Shown here one piece after another: positions 27,852 to 37,239 of a stretch of DNA of 64,000 nt. A model generated the notes under the pieces. That model was given only the letters and a program-made list of their open reading frames with translations. It did not search any database and was not told the DNA's origin. Every line of letters starts with the position of its first letter. Within the stretch, counting starts at the first letter, position 1. The position numbers and the translations under genes were made by a program. The DNA is from an uncultured Candidatus Saccharibacteria bacterium (GTDB taxonomy: Bacteria; Patescibacteriota; Saccharimonadia; Saccharimonadales; JACDBH01), in NCBI GenBank assembly GCA_964490245.1, contig CAZBAF010000005.1, positions 3,216 through 67,215 on the forward strand, in the 5' to 3' direction.

Positions 27852-28610
27852 TCATTGCGCCAGATACCCTCCGTCGACAGGATAGTATGATCCTGTGACG
27901 AAAGAAGATTGGCCGGTGCTGAGCCAAAAGATAGTTTGGGCTACCTCTGAGGCTTCGCCGAGCCGGCCGAGCGGATGCAGTGCGACGAGCTCGTCCATGG
28001 CTTCTTTGCCCAGGCCTTCCCGCACAAGCGGTGTGTTTATATAGCCCGGGCCAACGGCATTAATGCGGATTTGCCGGTCGGCGTATTCCAGCGCCGCAGC
28101 TTTTGTGAGGCCGACAACCCCGTGCTTGGCTGCTATGTATGCGGGTGAATTTTTAGTACCGACTGCCCCTAATATTGAAGCAACATTAACGATGCAGCCC
28201 CCGCCGCTTTTTAGAAGCGCGGGGATTTGATAACGCATGCCATAAAAGACACCTGAGAGATTAATTGCAATTACCTTATCCCAGTCATCCAAAGGGTAAT
28301 CGGCGACAGGTGCCAATTGGCCGCCGATACCTGCATTGTTGCAGGCCACATGCAAACCGCCGAACTGTTCGACTGTTTGCCGCACCAGTTCTTCTACCTG
28401 GTGATGATCGGCGGTGTCGGCCTTAATAAACGAAGCTTCACCTTCGTTGCCGGTTATCTCGTCTTTGACCTTTTGGCCGGCCGTCTCATCAATATCTGAC
28501 ACCACTACCCGTGCACCTGCCTGAGCATATAAAAGCGCAACTTCCCGGCCAATCCCCGACCCTGCGCCAGTTACAATAGCAACCTTGTTTTCGAGTTCTT
28601 TCATAGCCAA
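27852..28610 (-). CDS. short-chain dehydrogenase/reductase (SDR)
   Basis: TGAGSGIG cofactor motif and a YxxxK (YIAAK) active site. Confidence 0.9.
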   Translation of the reverse strand: MAMKELENKVAIVTGAGSGIGREVALLYAQAGARVVVSDIDETAGQKVKDEITGNEGEASFIKADTADHHQVEELVRQTVEQFGGLHVACNNAGIGGQLAPVADYPLDDWDKVIAINLSGVFYGMRYQIPALLKSGGGCIVNVASILGAVGTKNSPAYIAAKHGVVGLTKAAALEYADRQIRINAVGPGYINTPLVREGLGKEAMDELVALHPLGRLGEASEVAQTIFWLSTGQSSFVTGSYYPVDGGYLAQ

Positions 28611-28854
28611 GCCTCTTATGACGAGTCGTTAATTTACTGCCCCTCTGCAGGTAGCTGCATAATACTGCCAGCTGGCCGCCATGTCAGTAATATAATTTAC
28701 AGTATCTTAGGTCTGCCGAGCGTTGCCGTGGACATTCGGCTATGGTCAGGGTGCGCGAATTCGAATGTTTTTCTTGGCAAAATATTTCAGGAACAGGCGT
28801 GAAGTACGCCACTATTTTGTAAAGACAGCCATGTTTTTATGAGATAATGCCATC

Positions 28855-29283
28855 ATGAAAGAAATGCGGTTCGCGGTTGACATACATGCTACCAAAGAAA
28901 AAGTCTGGGACACATTGTGGCAGGACGAAACGTTTCGGGAGTGGGCAGGCATCATAGATCCGGGTACGCATTTAGTCGGTGATTTAAAGGTTGGCGGCGA
29001 GGTGCAGTTTATCTCTGCGAACGGCTATGGGGTGACCAGTCTGGTTGAGGAGTTGGTAATGAACGAGTTTTTACTGCTGAGGCACCAGGCCGATACTCAA
29101 GAGTACGGCCAGCAGGGGCGCGAAAAGGAATGGACAGGCGGCGCCGAAAGCTACACACTGACAGAAAAGGATGGCATGACCACCCTGACGGTTGCGTTCG
29201 GTGTCCCGCCGGACCTTGAAGAGTATTTTAAGATTAACTATCCCATAGCCTTAGCAAGAATCAAGCAGCTGGCCGAGCAATAA
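28855..29283 (+). CDS. SRPBCC (AHSA1/START-like) domain protein
   Basis: The pattern ...KEKVWDTLWQDETFREW... and the length (142 aa) are typical of the family. Confidence 0.7.
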   Translation: MKEMRFAVDIHATKEKVWDTLWQDETFREWAGIIDPGTHLVGDLKVGGEVQFISANGYGVTSLVEELVMNEFLLLRHQADTQEYGQQGREKEWTGGAESYTLTEKDGMTTLTVAFGVPPDLEEYFKINYPIALARIKQLAEQ

Positions 29284-29452
29284 TTAAAGTTGGCGTTTTG
29301 GCGCGGTTTGATGTATCGGCCGACGGCTGCCAAGCATAATCAGGACTTTGTTTGCTGCCACGCGGACCGATGACTCTGCTTAATATTATTGCGGGTATTG
29401 TAAGATTTTTTACAGTAACAAAGCGTTTTAACGCTGTAGAGTGGTCGATAGG

Positions 29453-31225
29453 ATGAATATCAGGAAAGTACTTCGGCTGACGCACCGCGAGCTGACGGCA
29501 AGCCCAATGGTGCCCGCGGTTTTGGTGTTCTTGACGTTTTTAGTATTGATTGCCTCGGGTTGGCGGACGGCGTATGTCGATATAGACAATACGCGCGACA
29601 GGCTGGTGGGTGAACGGGCAATATTGAACGAGAATAACGTGCTTCAACAGGTGCACTCGTACGAGAATGCACTGCTTGCAGCACGCGGCCTAATGCTTAG
29701 CAGTGATGAAGTGAATCGCGAGGAGTGGACGAGTTTTGTGGGCGCGCTGAGATTGGGCGAGCGGCGGCGGGGCATGCTTGGATTGGGGTATGCTGAATTT
29801 GTTGCTGCTGACAATCTTGACCGGTACGAACGCACGGTGCGCGCCGACGGGGCGACGGGTTTTCGCATTTGGCCGAAAGAACCGCGGCGTGATGCCTATA
29901 CAACCATTAAATACATTGAGCCTTTCAATAATATCAACCGCTCGGCACTTGGTTATGACATGTACTCTGAACCAACCCGCCGCAAAGCTATGGACCGCGC
30001 AGCCGAAACCGGGCAGCCGGCTATGACCTCAAAATTACTGCTGGTGCAGGGCGGCGAAAACCGGATGGTAGGTCTGAACCTGTATCAGGCTTTGTATCGA
30101 GAGGGAGTGCCGCTTGAGACGGAAGAACAGCGGCGGGCAGCCGTTAAAGGTTTTGTCTACGCTCCGTTTATAACCGAGCAGCTGTTCTCGAGCGTGTTTG
30201 AAGAGCGTGATCAGCGTTATAATGTCCGGGTTTATGACGGGCTTGAAGCCAATCCGGATAATCTGCTTTATGCCCAGCACGAAAGCGACCATGGCTATAG
30301 CTGGGTTCGCACCGATACCGTGGGGGTGGCTGGAGCGCACTGGACCTTTGAGTTTGGTATAAGCGATACGGCCATACCAAAAGCTATTCGCGATCGTCCG
30401 CGCAATGTGCTGGGCGGCGGCCTTATCCTGGCCTTTGGTGTGGCGACATTGGTCTATCTGCTTTTGCAGCGCCGTATGAAAAGTCTGGCCGAGAAAGAAG
30501 AGCGCCGGGTGCAAAAGGCTAAGGACAGTATGCTCTCGTTGGCTTCGCACCAGCTCCGCACACCGGCGACCGGCGTCAAGCAGTATGTCGGCATGGTGCT
30601 GGAGGGCTTTACCGGCGATCTGTCCCCCGAACAGCAGGCTATGCTGCAGAAAGCCTACGACAGCAATGAACGGCAGCTGCGTATCATCAACGAGTTTCTA
30701 TACCTGGCCAAGACAGAGGCCGACAGAATTATCGTGACGCCGCAGCGGTTTGAGCTGCGGCCGCTGGTGCAGGATGTGCTGGACACCATGCAGGACGAAA
30801 TTCGGGAGGCCGGCCATACCGTCCGGCTTATGTCGCCTAAAAGGCGCGTTTATGTGGCTGCAGATATTCACAGTACCCGGATGATAATCGAAAATCTTAT
30901 CAGCAATGCAGTTAAGTACACGCCGCCAGGTGGCAAAATTGATATTACGATTAAAGATAAAAGGGGCGAGGTGCAGGTTGTTGTCAAAGATTCGGGCGTG
31001 GGCATAGCAGAGAAGGATTTTCCAAAACTTTTCCGTCAGTTTTCGCGTATTCCCAACGAGCTGACCAAGCAAACGCCGGGCAGCGGCATCGGACTGTACC
31101 TGGCCTGCCAGCTGGCCATAAGAAATAAGGGTTCTATCACGGTCGCTTCGGAGCAGGGTAAAGGTTCTGAGTTTACTCTGCATCTGACAGCGAAAACAGT
31201 AAGAAATTTTACAGAAAACCAGTGA
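29453..31225 (+). CDS. sensor histidine kinase with an extracytoplasmic CHASE domain
   Basis: CHASE-like segment (YTTIKYIEPFNNINRSALGYDMYSEPTRR), a second TM helix, a HisKA H-box SHQLRTP and an HATPase_c domain. An alternative GTG start lies at 29441. Confidence 0.85.
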   Translation: MNIRKVLRLTHRELTASPMVPAVLVFLTFLVLIASGWRTAYVDIDNTRDRLVGERAILNENNVLQQVHSYENALLAARGLMLSSDEVNREEWTSFVGALRLGERRRGMLGLGYAEFVAADNLDRYERTVRADGATGFRIWPKEPRRDAYTTIKYIEPFNNINRSALGYDMYSEPTRRKAMDRAAETGQPAMTSKLLLVQGGENRMVGLNLYQALYREGVPLETEEQRRAAVKGFVYAPFITEQLFSSVFEERDQRYNVRVYDGLEANPDNLLYAQHESDHGYSWVRTDTVGVAGAHWTFEFGISDTAIPKAIRDRPRNVLGGGLILAFGVATLVYLLLQRRMKSLAEKEERRVQKAKDSMLSLASHQLRTPATGVKQYVGMVLEGFTGDLSPEQQAMLQKAYDSNERQLRIINEFLYLAKTEADRIIVTPQRFELRPLVQDVLDTMQDEIREAGHTVRLMSPKRRVYVAADIHSTRMIIENLISNAVKYTPPGGKIDITIKDKRGEVQVVVKDSGVGIAEKDFPKLFRQFSRIPNELTKQTPGSGIGLYLACQLAIRNKGSITVASEQGKGSEFTLHLTAKTVRNFTENQ

Positions 31226-31248
31226 TCGGAATCAGTAGGATTATATAA

Positions 31249-31617
31249 ATGAGTCACAAGAAAATTTTGGTGGTTGAAGACGAAAAAACACTAAACAGCG
31301 CTTATCAAGCCATACTCGAAAAGGCCGGCTATATTGTAGAGGTCGCTTATGATGGCAGCGAGGCGCTGGAGGTTCTTAAAAATTTTCAACCCGATATTAT
31401 TCTGCTTGATTTAAAAATGCCGACACTTGACGGCATAGGATTTCTTAAAGAGTATCAGGCGCTGGAGACCGGACCGCGCAGTAAGATAATTCTGTTTAGC
31501 AATTACGATTTGCAGCAGGAAATCGACGAGGCATATAATCTCGGCGCCGACAAGTACGTGCTCAAAGCATGGGCTTCGCCCAAAGATCTGCTGAAGATTA
31601 TTGAAGACATCGATTAG
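31249..31617 (+). CDS. single-domain response regulator (receiver only)
   Basis: KILVVEDE...DIILLDLKMP...K, 122 aa. Confidence 0.9.
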   Translation: MSHKKILVVEDEKTLNSAYQAILEKAGYIVEVAYDGSEALEVLKNFQPDIILLDLKMPTLDGIGFLKEYQALETGPRSKIILFSNYDLQQEIDEAYNLGADKYVLKAWASPKDLLKIIEDID

Positions 31618-32255
31618 CTGACAAAATTGCTGGTGATTTCCCTGCCGACTGTTTTCATGAGTAGTGACCTGTCAACCACATAATGTTTGCGGCGGTGCAT
31701 AATGACATTGGCTTTTTTAAGCTTGCTCATTTCGCCTGCGACTGTTTCACGGGTCAGGCCAAGATTGTCGGCGATGAACTGATGGGTAACCGGCAGGCCA
31801 AGACTGAGCAATCCATTGCCCTTTGTCTGGCCATGACGCATCGCGAGATAAAAAAGAAAATAGAGAATCTTGTTGGTGGCGTGTGACTGTTGAAGCGCTA
31901 AATTTCTGATCAGCGAACTGGCTGATTCGCGCGACATAAATGCGTGCAGATGTTCAAAAAGATCCTGATCTTCGCACTCGGACTTTAAAATTGGTATAAG
32001 TACAGAATCTTCGAGAGTTTCGTGATAGAACATGGCAGACTTGCTTGCTCCGGTAAGCCAGTCAACCGGGAAAATGTCACCTTTTGAGTATGCCCCCACT
32101 ACTTTTTGGTTGCCGTCATTATCAATCGCATACACCTTTAGGCAGCCTTTGCGGACCAGAAAGCCATAGCGCGGCACCTCACCCTGAAACAGTACTACGC
32201 TGGCTTTAGGATAACGAACGGAAGAGATTTTTCCTTTGTAGCTGGGTAGTTTCAT
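31614..32255 (-). CDS. Crp/Fnr family transcriptional regulator
   Basis: A cNMP-binding beta-barrel is followed by a C-terminal HTH (FIADNLGLTRETVAGEMSKLKK). Confidence 0.85.
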   Translation of the reverse strand: MKLPSYKGKISSVRYPKASVVLFQGEVPRYGFLVRKGCLKVYAIDNDGNQKVVGAYSKGDIFPVDWLTGASKSAMFYHETLEDSVLIPILKSECEDQDLFEHLHAFMSRESASSLIRNLALQQSHATNKILYFLFYLAMRHGQTKGNGLLSLGLPVTHQFIADNLGLTRETVAGEMSKLKKANVIMHRRKHYVVDRSLLMKTVGREITSNFVS

Positions 32256-32441
32256 ATGCTTACAGTGTACGTTTTGTAAGTATTTTTACAAAATTGATGT
32301 TGGACAGGTTACAGAACAGGACGGACAGCTGTCCTATGATGGACGTAATCGTTTAGCGATAAACGATTAATCAACCAAAGGGTACTTTAAAAATTCAGCA
32401 TCCAACAAAGTCATTAATTAACTTCAAAAAAGGAGGAGATT

Positions 32442-32528
32442 ATGAAACAGCCACCCGCAAATGTAGACACCATGATCAGGCATTTCCTGAAGCGGAAGTT
32501 CGAGCAGTTTCCGGAATTAACTGAATAG
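32442..32528 (+). CDS. possible 28-aa small protein
   Basis: A strong aaaggaggag RBS lies 5 nt before the ATG. Translation: MKQPPANVDTMIRHFLKRKFEQFPELTE. It is not in the ORF track. Confidence 0.3.
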   Translation: MKQPPANVDTMIRHFLKRKFEQFPELTE

Positions 32529-32560
32529 TCTAGGCCATAGCCAGGCAAAAAGGAGGCATT

Positions 32561-32956
32561 ATGGCAGAAACATATCGTAAAGTATCACGCTACCGCGAAC
32601 CGGTCGAAGATCGTAATGCGGTAGTGGAAGAAGAAAATTTGGCAGTTGCAGATGCGAACCCGGGGGTAACACGGGCACAGATGATTGTGCGCTTCGTGCT
32701 TGGAGTTTTGCTCAGCCTGCTTGCTCTGCGCTTTATATTGGCGCTTTTTGGAGCAAACCAGGCAAACGGTTTTGTGAACCTGGTATACGACGTGACCTCT
32801 CCGTTGGTGGCGCCGTTCCGGGGCCTGTTTAACCTGGAGGCCTCATCCGGAGTTGCGCGCTTTGAGACAGAAACCCTCGTTGCCGCATTTGTGTATATGC
32901 TGATTGGGATTGGCATTATCCGCCTCTTGGATATTTTCAGACAGCGGAGTGTCTAG
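32561..32956 (+). CDS. membrane protein, YggT-like
   Basis: aaaggagg RBS. Two TM helices follow a charged N-terminus, with the pattern ...LLALRFILALFGAN..N.F...VY..T.PL..PF. Confidence 0.5.
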   Translation: MAETYRKVSRYREPVEDRNAVVEEENLAVADANPGVTRAQMIVRFVLGVLLSLLALRFILALFGANQANGFVNLVYDVTSPLVAPFRGLFNLEASSGVARFETETLVAAFVYMLIGIGIIRLLDIFRQRSV

Positions 32957-32995
32957 GCGGCGGAGTAGGTAATCAAAGAAAGGAAGGAGGAGTAC

Positions 32996-33253
32996 ATGAG
33001 TATACTCGCATGGATCGTATTAGGGGCATTAGCCGGATGGATTGCTTCCATCTTCATGAATACTAATGAAGAGCAGGGGGCGCTGGCTAATATTCTGGTA
33101 GGTATATTTGGTGCCGTTATCGGCGGACTGATTATGGGATTCTTTGGCGCAGAAGGCGTCAGCGGACTCAACCTGTATAGTCTTCTGGTAGCCACTGGTG
33201 GCGCCGTCGTCTTAATCGCTGTATACCGTGCGCTGCGCGGTCACGCAAGATAG
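32996..33253 (+). CDS. GlsB/YeaQ/YmgE (transglycosylase-associated) stress membrane protein
   Basis: ILAWIVLGALAGWIA......G....ILVGIFGAVIGG. Confidence 0.85.
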   Translation: MSILAWIVLGALAGWIASIFMNTNEEQGALANILVGIFGAVIGGLIMGFFGAEGVSGLNLYSLLVATGGAVVLIAVYRALRGHAR

Positions 33254-33262
33254 GACTGGCAT

Positions 33263-33493
33263 ATGAGTGAGGGCTTTTTCATATTCGCAGGCCAGGCCTC
33301 AATGGTGGTCGGTGCGCTCATGGCCGGGCTTATTTACGGCAGTGTTCTGGTACTAAGGGTTGTAGAGCTGGTGTACACCAAGCTGCACGAACTTATGTAC
33401 ACAGGCTCTAACCGGGTTAAGACATATAAAAAGCAGGTGCTGGCGCATAAGCCGGCACCAATACTCAACAAGTCTAAGGTAATAGGAGCATAA
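33263..33493 (+). CDS. small membrane protein, hypothetical
   Basis: One or two hydrophobic helices, in an operon with stress-type small proteins. Confidence 0.45.
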   Translation: MSEGFFIFAGQASMVVGALMAGLIYGSVLVLRVVELVYTKLHELMYTGSNRVKTYKKQVLAHKPAPILNKSKVIGA

Positions 33494-33494
33494 T

Positions 33495-33752
33495 ATGGCA
33501 TTAGCAACCTCTAACAAAGTGTTACTCGCAGGTGTACTCGGGTTTGCGGCAGGTATTCTGTACGCACCGAGGAAGGGAAGCGAAACCCAGGCAAAGCTAA
33601 AGGAGCGGATGGAGGGAATGAAATCAGAAGTAGAGACAAAGGCCAAGCGGGCAAAGTCCAAGTTTGAGGACATGAGGAAGAATAAAGGCGATAAGGAGAT
33701 GGACAAAGTTGATCGCGAGATTAACGAAACTGCTGATACTCTTCTTCCTTAA
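33495..33752 (+). CDS. YtxH domain protein
   Basis: GFAAGILYAPRKGSETQAKLKE. Confidence 0.8.
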   Translation: MALATSNKVLLAGVLGFAAGILYAPRKGSETQAKLKERMEGMKSEVETKAKRAKSKFEDMRKNKGDKEMDKVDREINETADTLLP

Positions 33753-33787
33753 ACGGCTGTTGCAGCGTGGCTTTGCCGGCACCAGGA

Positions 33788-33814
33788 GACGCGGTTAGGA
33801 GGCCGCGTCTTTTT
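33788..33814 (+). terminator. rho-independent terminator
   Basis: gacgcgg-ttaggagg-ccgcgtc-ttttt. Confidence 0.75.
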
Positions 33815-33876
33815 GGCGTCTGCGTTTGTTTAGGGACGGTTTTGAGGGCTGGCCTCAGCGCCGCGTCCCGCGCCGG

Positions 33877-34341
33877 TTAGTACTTTTGTCTGTCCGGTTT
33901 TTGCACCCACTCCTGCATGATGGCCTGCACCTGGTCGCTGGCAACTTTTATAAACGGTATGCTGCGTGCTTCTGCCGGTTTGGCGGTTTCGGTATAAATA
34001 AAAGCGTCGTCAAAGCCGATAGCGGCGGCGTCACTGGCGGTGGCGGCATAATAGACTTTTTGCGGCCGGGCCCAGTAAATCGCGCCGAGACACATGGGGC
34101 ATGGTTCACACGAGACGTATATCTCGCAGTCGGACAGGTCAAAGCGCCCCAGCTTATTGGCGGCCTGGCGGATGGCAACAATTTCGGCATGGGCAGTCGG
34201 GTCCTGGCTAGAGAGCACCTGGTTGTTGCCTTCGGCAATGATTTCGCCGTTTCGCACCACCACAGCACCAAACGGCCCGCCCATGCCGGTATCCATGCCA
34301 TACTTTGCCAGTTGGACGGCGCGGTTCATAAAATCTGTCAT
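33877..34341 (-). CDS. CDA-fold nucleoside/guanine deaminase
   Basis: HAE...CEPCPMC zinc-binding motifs, 154 aa, with a guanine-deaminase-like C-terminus. Confidence 0.85.
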   Translation of the reverse strand: MTDFMNRAVQLAKYGMDTGMGGPFGAVVVRNGEIIAEGNNQVLSSQDPTAHAEIVAIRQAANKLGRFDLSDCEIYVSCEPCPMCLGAIYWARPQKVYYAATASDAAAIGFDDAFIYTETAKPAEARSIPFIKVASDQVQAIMQEWVQKPDRQKY

Positions 34342-34400
34342 AGGTATAATATATCCTGATTAAATTGATGTTTTAACGAAGCCGCCTACTAAAAGTGACA

Positions 34401-34715
34401 CTACTCCGCGACCCTGAGACCGATAATGCAGATAACAATCCCCGCCACCAGCAGTATTTTAATAAGTGAGGCCGTCTCAGCACCGGTAAACATTGCATAT
34501 GCAACAGTCAGCGCACTGCCGACGCCTACCCATACGGCGTATGAAGTGCCGGTGGGCAGCGTACGCAGGGCGTAGGCCAGACCCGCCATGCTGGCAGCAA
34601 GGGCTGCAAAAAAGATCAGGCTGGGTGATAGTCTTGTCAGACCATCAGATTTACCGAGCGCAGTGGCCCAGACCGCCTCTAAAACACCTGACAGAACCAG
34701 AATAACCCATGCCAT
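34401..34715 (-). CDS. sugE: SMR-family small multidrug/guanidinium exporter (SugE/Gdx-like)
   Basis: MAWVILVLSGVLEAVWATALK-like N-terminus with the conserved Glu, four TM helices, 104 aa. Confidence 0.85.
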   Translation of the reverse strand: MAWVILVLSGVLEAVWATALGKSDGLTRLSPSLIFFAALAASMAGLAYALRTLPTGTSYAVWVGVGSALTVAYAMFTGAETASLIKILLVAGIVICIIGLRVAE

Positions 34716-34806
34716 AAGCCCTCCTTAATAAATATGTCTTTCTTGATGCCCGGTACGAGGATTGTCCGGTGCAATACCAAAGTCAATCTCATTTTAGCAT
34801 AAGCTA

Positions 34807-34840
34807 AAACGAGGCTCTTTGCAGGCGAGCCTCGTTTTTG
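34807..34840. terminator. bidirectional-looking terminator hairpin
   Basis: aaacgaggctc-tttgcaggc-gagcctcgttt is flanked by A-runs and T-runs. It lies downstream of the minus-strand DUF1801 gene. Confidence 0.6.
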
Positions 34841-34867
34841 GTTTTGATTTGTAGTTTCAGCGGTTGG

Positions 34868-35239
34868 CTAGCTTACGGCCATTTTGGCGATCTCAGCAAT
34901 TTTTTGCTCTGTTGCCGCGTTGAGATCGGTAAAGAACCAGGCGCACGGCATGAGCAGATCACTGGCGCCGGTCTCAGGTTTGAGGTTGACTGCTTCAGTC
35001 AGTCCGAATGTCATGTACTTTTCATCCTCACGGAAAAAGCACAGCACTGCGCTGTCTTTGGTTTTGGCGTAGCCGGGCATGCCGTACCACAGGCGCGGAT
35101 GCAGCTCGGGTGCGGCCTCCATAATGACGGCATGGATCCGCTCGGCTAACGATTGATTGCGCTCAGAAAACTGAGCAATTTTGTCCAGTACCTCTGCCTG
35201 CATCTCGGCACTAGACATATTCCTTTTATTGGCAGCCAT
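34868..35239 (-). CDS. DUF1801 (YdhG-like) domain protein
   Basis: ...RIHAVIMEAAPELHPRLWYGMPGY... pattern. Confidence 0.7.
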   Translation of the reverse strand: MAANKRNMSSAEMQAEVLDKIAQFSERNQSLAERIHAVIMEAAPELHPRLWYGMPGYAKTKDSAVLCFFREDEKYMTFGLTEAVNLKPETGASDLLMPCAWFFTDLNAATEQKIAEIAKMAVS

Positions 35240-35400
35240 AAAATAGCTCCTTATTGTTTAAAGTTTATGTGTAGTGTGGATCAGGATGAGACAGCTCAAC
35301 TTAATCAGTGTTCTTAGTACATTAAAAGTGACAATGAAGTCAAACAGACAGACGTTAGCGTCCGGATGTTTTAGTAGCGGATGCGATTAAGAGGTGCGGT

Positions 35401-37119
35401 TCAGGCGGCGTTTTCGGCTGCGAGCTGTCGGCCGGCGGGCTCGGTTTGTGGTGGTGCTTGTTCAGTCTGCGGTTGTGATGCGTCCAGCGGCAAGGTCAGG
35501 ATAAAGGTCGAGCCGGCTCCTGCCTCGCTTTCGACCTCCAAAGAACCACCCAAAGTTTGGCTTAACTGCCGTGAGATGAACAGCCCCAGGCCGGAACCTC
35601 CCGTGTCACGGGTTTCATAGTCCTGCGCTTGATTGAAGGGTTTGAATATCCTTTGCTGGTCGGCTCGCGCAATGCCTTTGCCGGTGTCTTTTACGTACAA
35701 CTGCAGCGTGCGGTCGCTGGAGGTAAGGCTGATCTGTATCCCGCCCTCATCGGTATGTTCAATTGCATTCTCGATCAAATGCCTGAGAATCTCGCCTATA
35801 TACAGCGCGCGGGTTGGGTAGCTGAGCAGGCGTTCATCGTGATCTCCGGCATCAATACGAAAGTCAAGACCCTTGCTTTGGGCAGCGGGCTCAAACTTTT
35901 GTTTTAACTCCTCCAGAAGCTGGTATAAATTGAGTCTGGTTTGATCCCGGCCGTTGTCGGGCTGATCGCCAACCTCTAAAAACATGCTGAAGTTGTTGAT
36001 AATGCGGGAGAGGTTCATGATTTGGTTGTGCGCCTGATCGGCAGCGGCAACGGTTTTTGGGGAGGCATCCTGTTCGTTAAGCAGCAGTTTTATGGTGGAC
36101 AGGTCGGCCTCTGCGGTAGTCAGCGGTGTCCTTAGTTCATGCGACATCACCGATACAAAGACGCGCCGTTGTTCCTCAAGAGATTTTTCCTGAGTGATAT
36201 CACGTATGATAAGAACACTGTTTTCGTGGTCGGCATGGCTTTCGGTGTGAACTCCGGCGACTGCGAGGTAAATATGAATTTTTTCCTCATTGCCATACAT
36301 AAGCCACAGGTCGCTTGTCTGATAACGCTCCTTGCCTTTTGCAAGCAGTGAGTCAAGCGGCACGGTCGCCTCGTTTGCGTCCACAAAACGGACAAATGAT
36401 TCGAGTCGTTTCCGGTTCAGTCGCTCGCCACTGTCAACGCCTAAGAGGTTTAGTGCGGATGTGTTATGGAAAGTGATTGACCCCTGCTGATCGATACCTA
36501 TGACTGCTTCTTCCATGCTGTTAACCAGCGAATTGATGCGCTCTTCCTCGAATTCTGCTTTCTCGAGACTGCTGATCAGCATTTTTCGGTCTTCTTCACT
36601 GATGCTTAAAGTATCGATAAAAAACAGACACAACGCCAGAAAGAATAAATACTGGCCGATGCCATAAAGATAATCTTCATTATTAGTGATGTGTTCAATG
36701 TAGGTTGCAAAACTTAGAAACAGACTGAGAGAGGCCAAGCCGATAATAATCAGGGCGCCCTTCCTGCCATAATAGAAGCTTGCTAGAAACAACGGCACCA
36801 GCCAGATAAAAAACCAGAACCCGCGAATATCTGTCAGGTAGGTAATGGCATAGAACGTAATAATAGAGTAGAGCGCAATGGCGATAATCGGCTTGCGGTT
36901 TAGAATTGATTGCGGCCGCAACCGGAAAACACCGATTATCATATAGGCGGCTACACAGCAGAGGACAAGAATCTTCCCTCTGGTATCAAAATAGGGCTCC
37001 CACAACACATCCAGAAGCGCTGCAATCCCGATTGCAAAGTGGGATGCAATAATACTGTTACGGACAATCACCCGTTGCAGACGCTCGGTTAAAAGATTAG
37101 GATAGCGCGACATGACCAT
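35401..37119 (-). CDS. multi-pass membrane sensor histidine kinase (PAS plus HisKA plus HATPase_c)
   Basis: About 6 N-terminal TM helices, an H-box SHELRTPLT and a G-box GGSGLGL. Confidence 0.88.
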   Translation of the reverse strand: MVMSRYPNLLTERLQRVIVRNSIIASHFAIGIAALLDVLWEPYFDTRGKILVLCCVAAYMIIGVFRLRPQSILNRKPIIAIALYSIITFYAITYLTDIRGFWFFIWLVPLFLASFYYGRKGALIIIGLASLSLFLSFATYIEHITNNEDYLYGIGQYLFFLALCLFFIDTLSISEEDRKMLISSLEKAEFEEERINSLVNSMEEAVIGIDQQGSITFHNTSALNLLGVDSGERLNRKRLESFVRFVDANEATVPLDSLLAKGKERYQTSDLWLMYGNEEKIHIYLAVAGVHTESHADHENSVLIIRDITQEKSLEEQRRVFVSVMSHELRTPLTTAEADLSTIKLLLNEQDASPKTVAAADQAHNQIMNLSRIINNFSMFLEVGDQPDNGRDQTRLNLYQLLEELKQKFEPAAQSKGLDFRIDAGDHDERLLSYPTRALYIGEILRHLIENAIEHTDEGGIQISLTSSDRTLQLYVKDTGKGIARADQQRIFKPFNQAQDYETRDTGGSGLGLFISRQLSQTLGGSLEVESEAGAGSTFILTLPLDASQPQTEQAPPQTEPAGRQLAAENAA

Positions 37120-37239
37120 ATGCCCCTCAGTATAGCATCGTATGCCGAGCGCCAGAGAGAGGCAGCTCGAAAGCGTTCTGCTATTGGTTGTCAGCCCGCG
37201 CTGGCACTTATGCCGGATGTCGGCTTATACTTAAGGGTA

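Noticed and set aside
33826-34359. A 177-aa plus-strand ORF.
   Set aside because: It is antisense to the deaminase gene, which carries clear HAE/CEPCPMC zinc motifs. The plus-frame translation has no features.
37120-37239. An N-terminal 40-codon extension of the carboxypeptidase ORF that abuts the divergent kinase start.
   Set aside because: It would leave no promoter space between the divergent genes. The ATG at 37240 precedes the membrane anchor and is the more plausible start.
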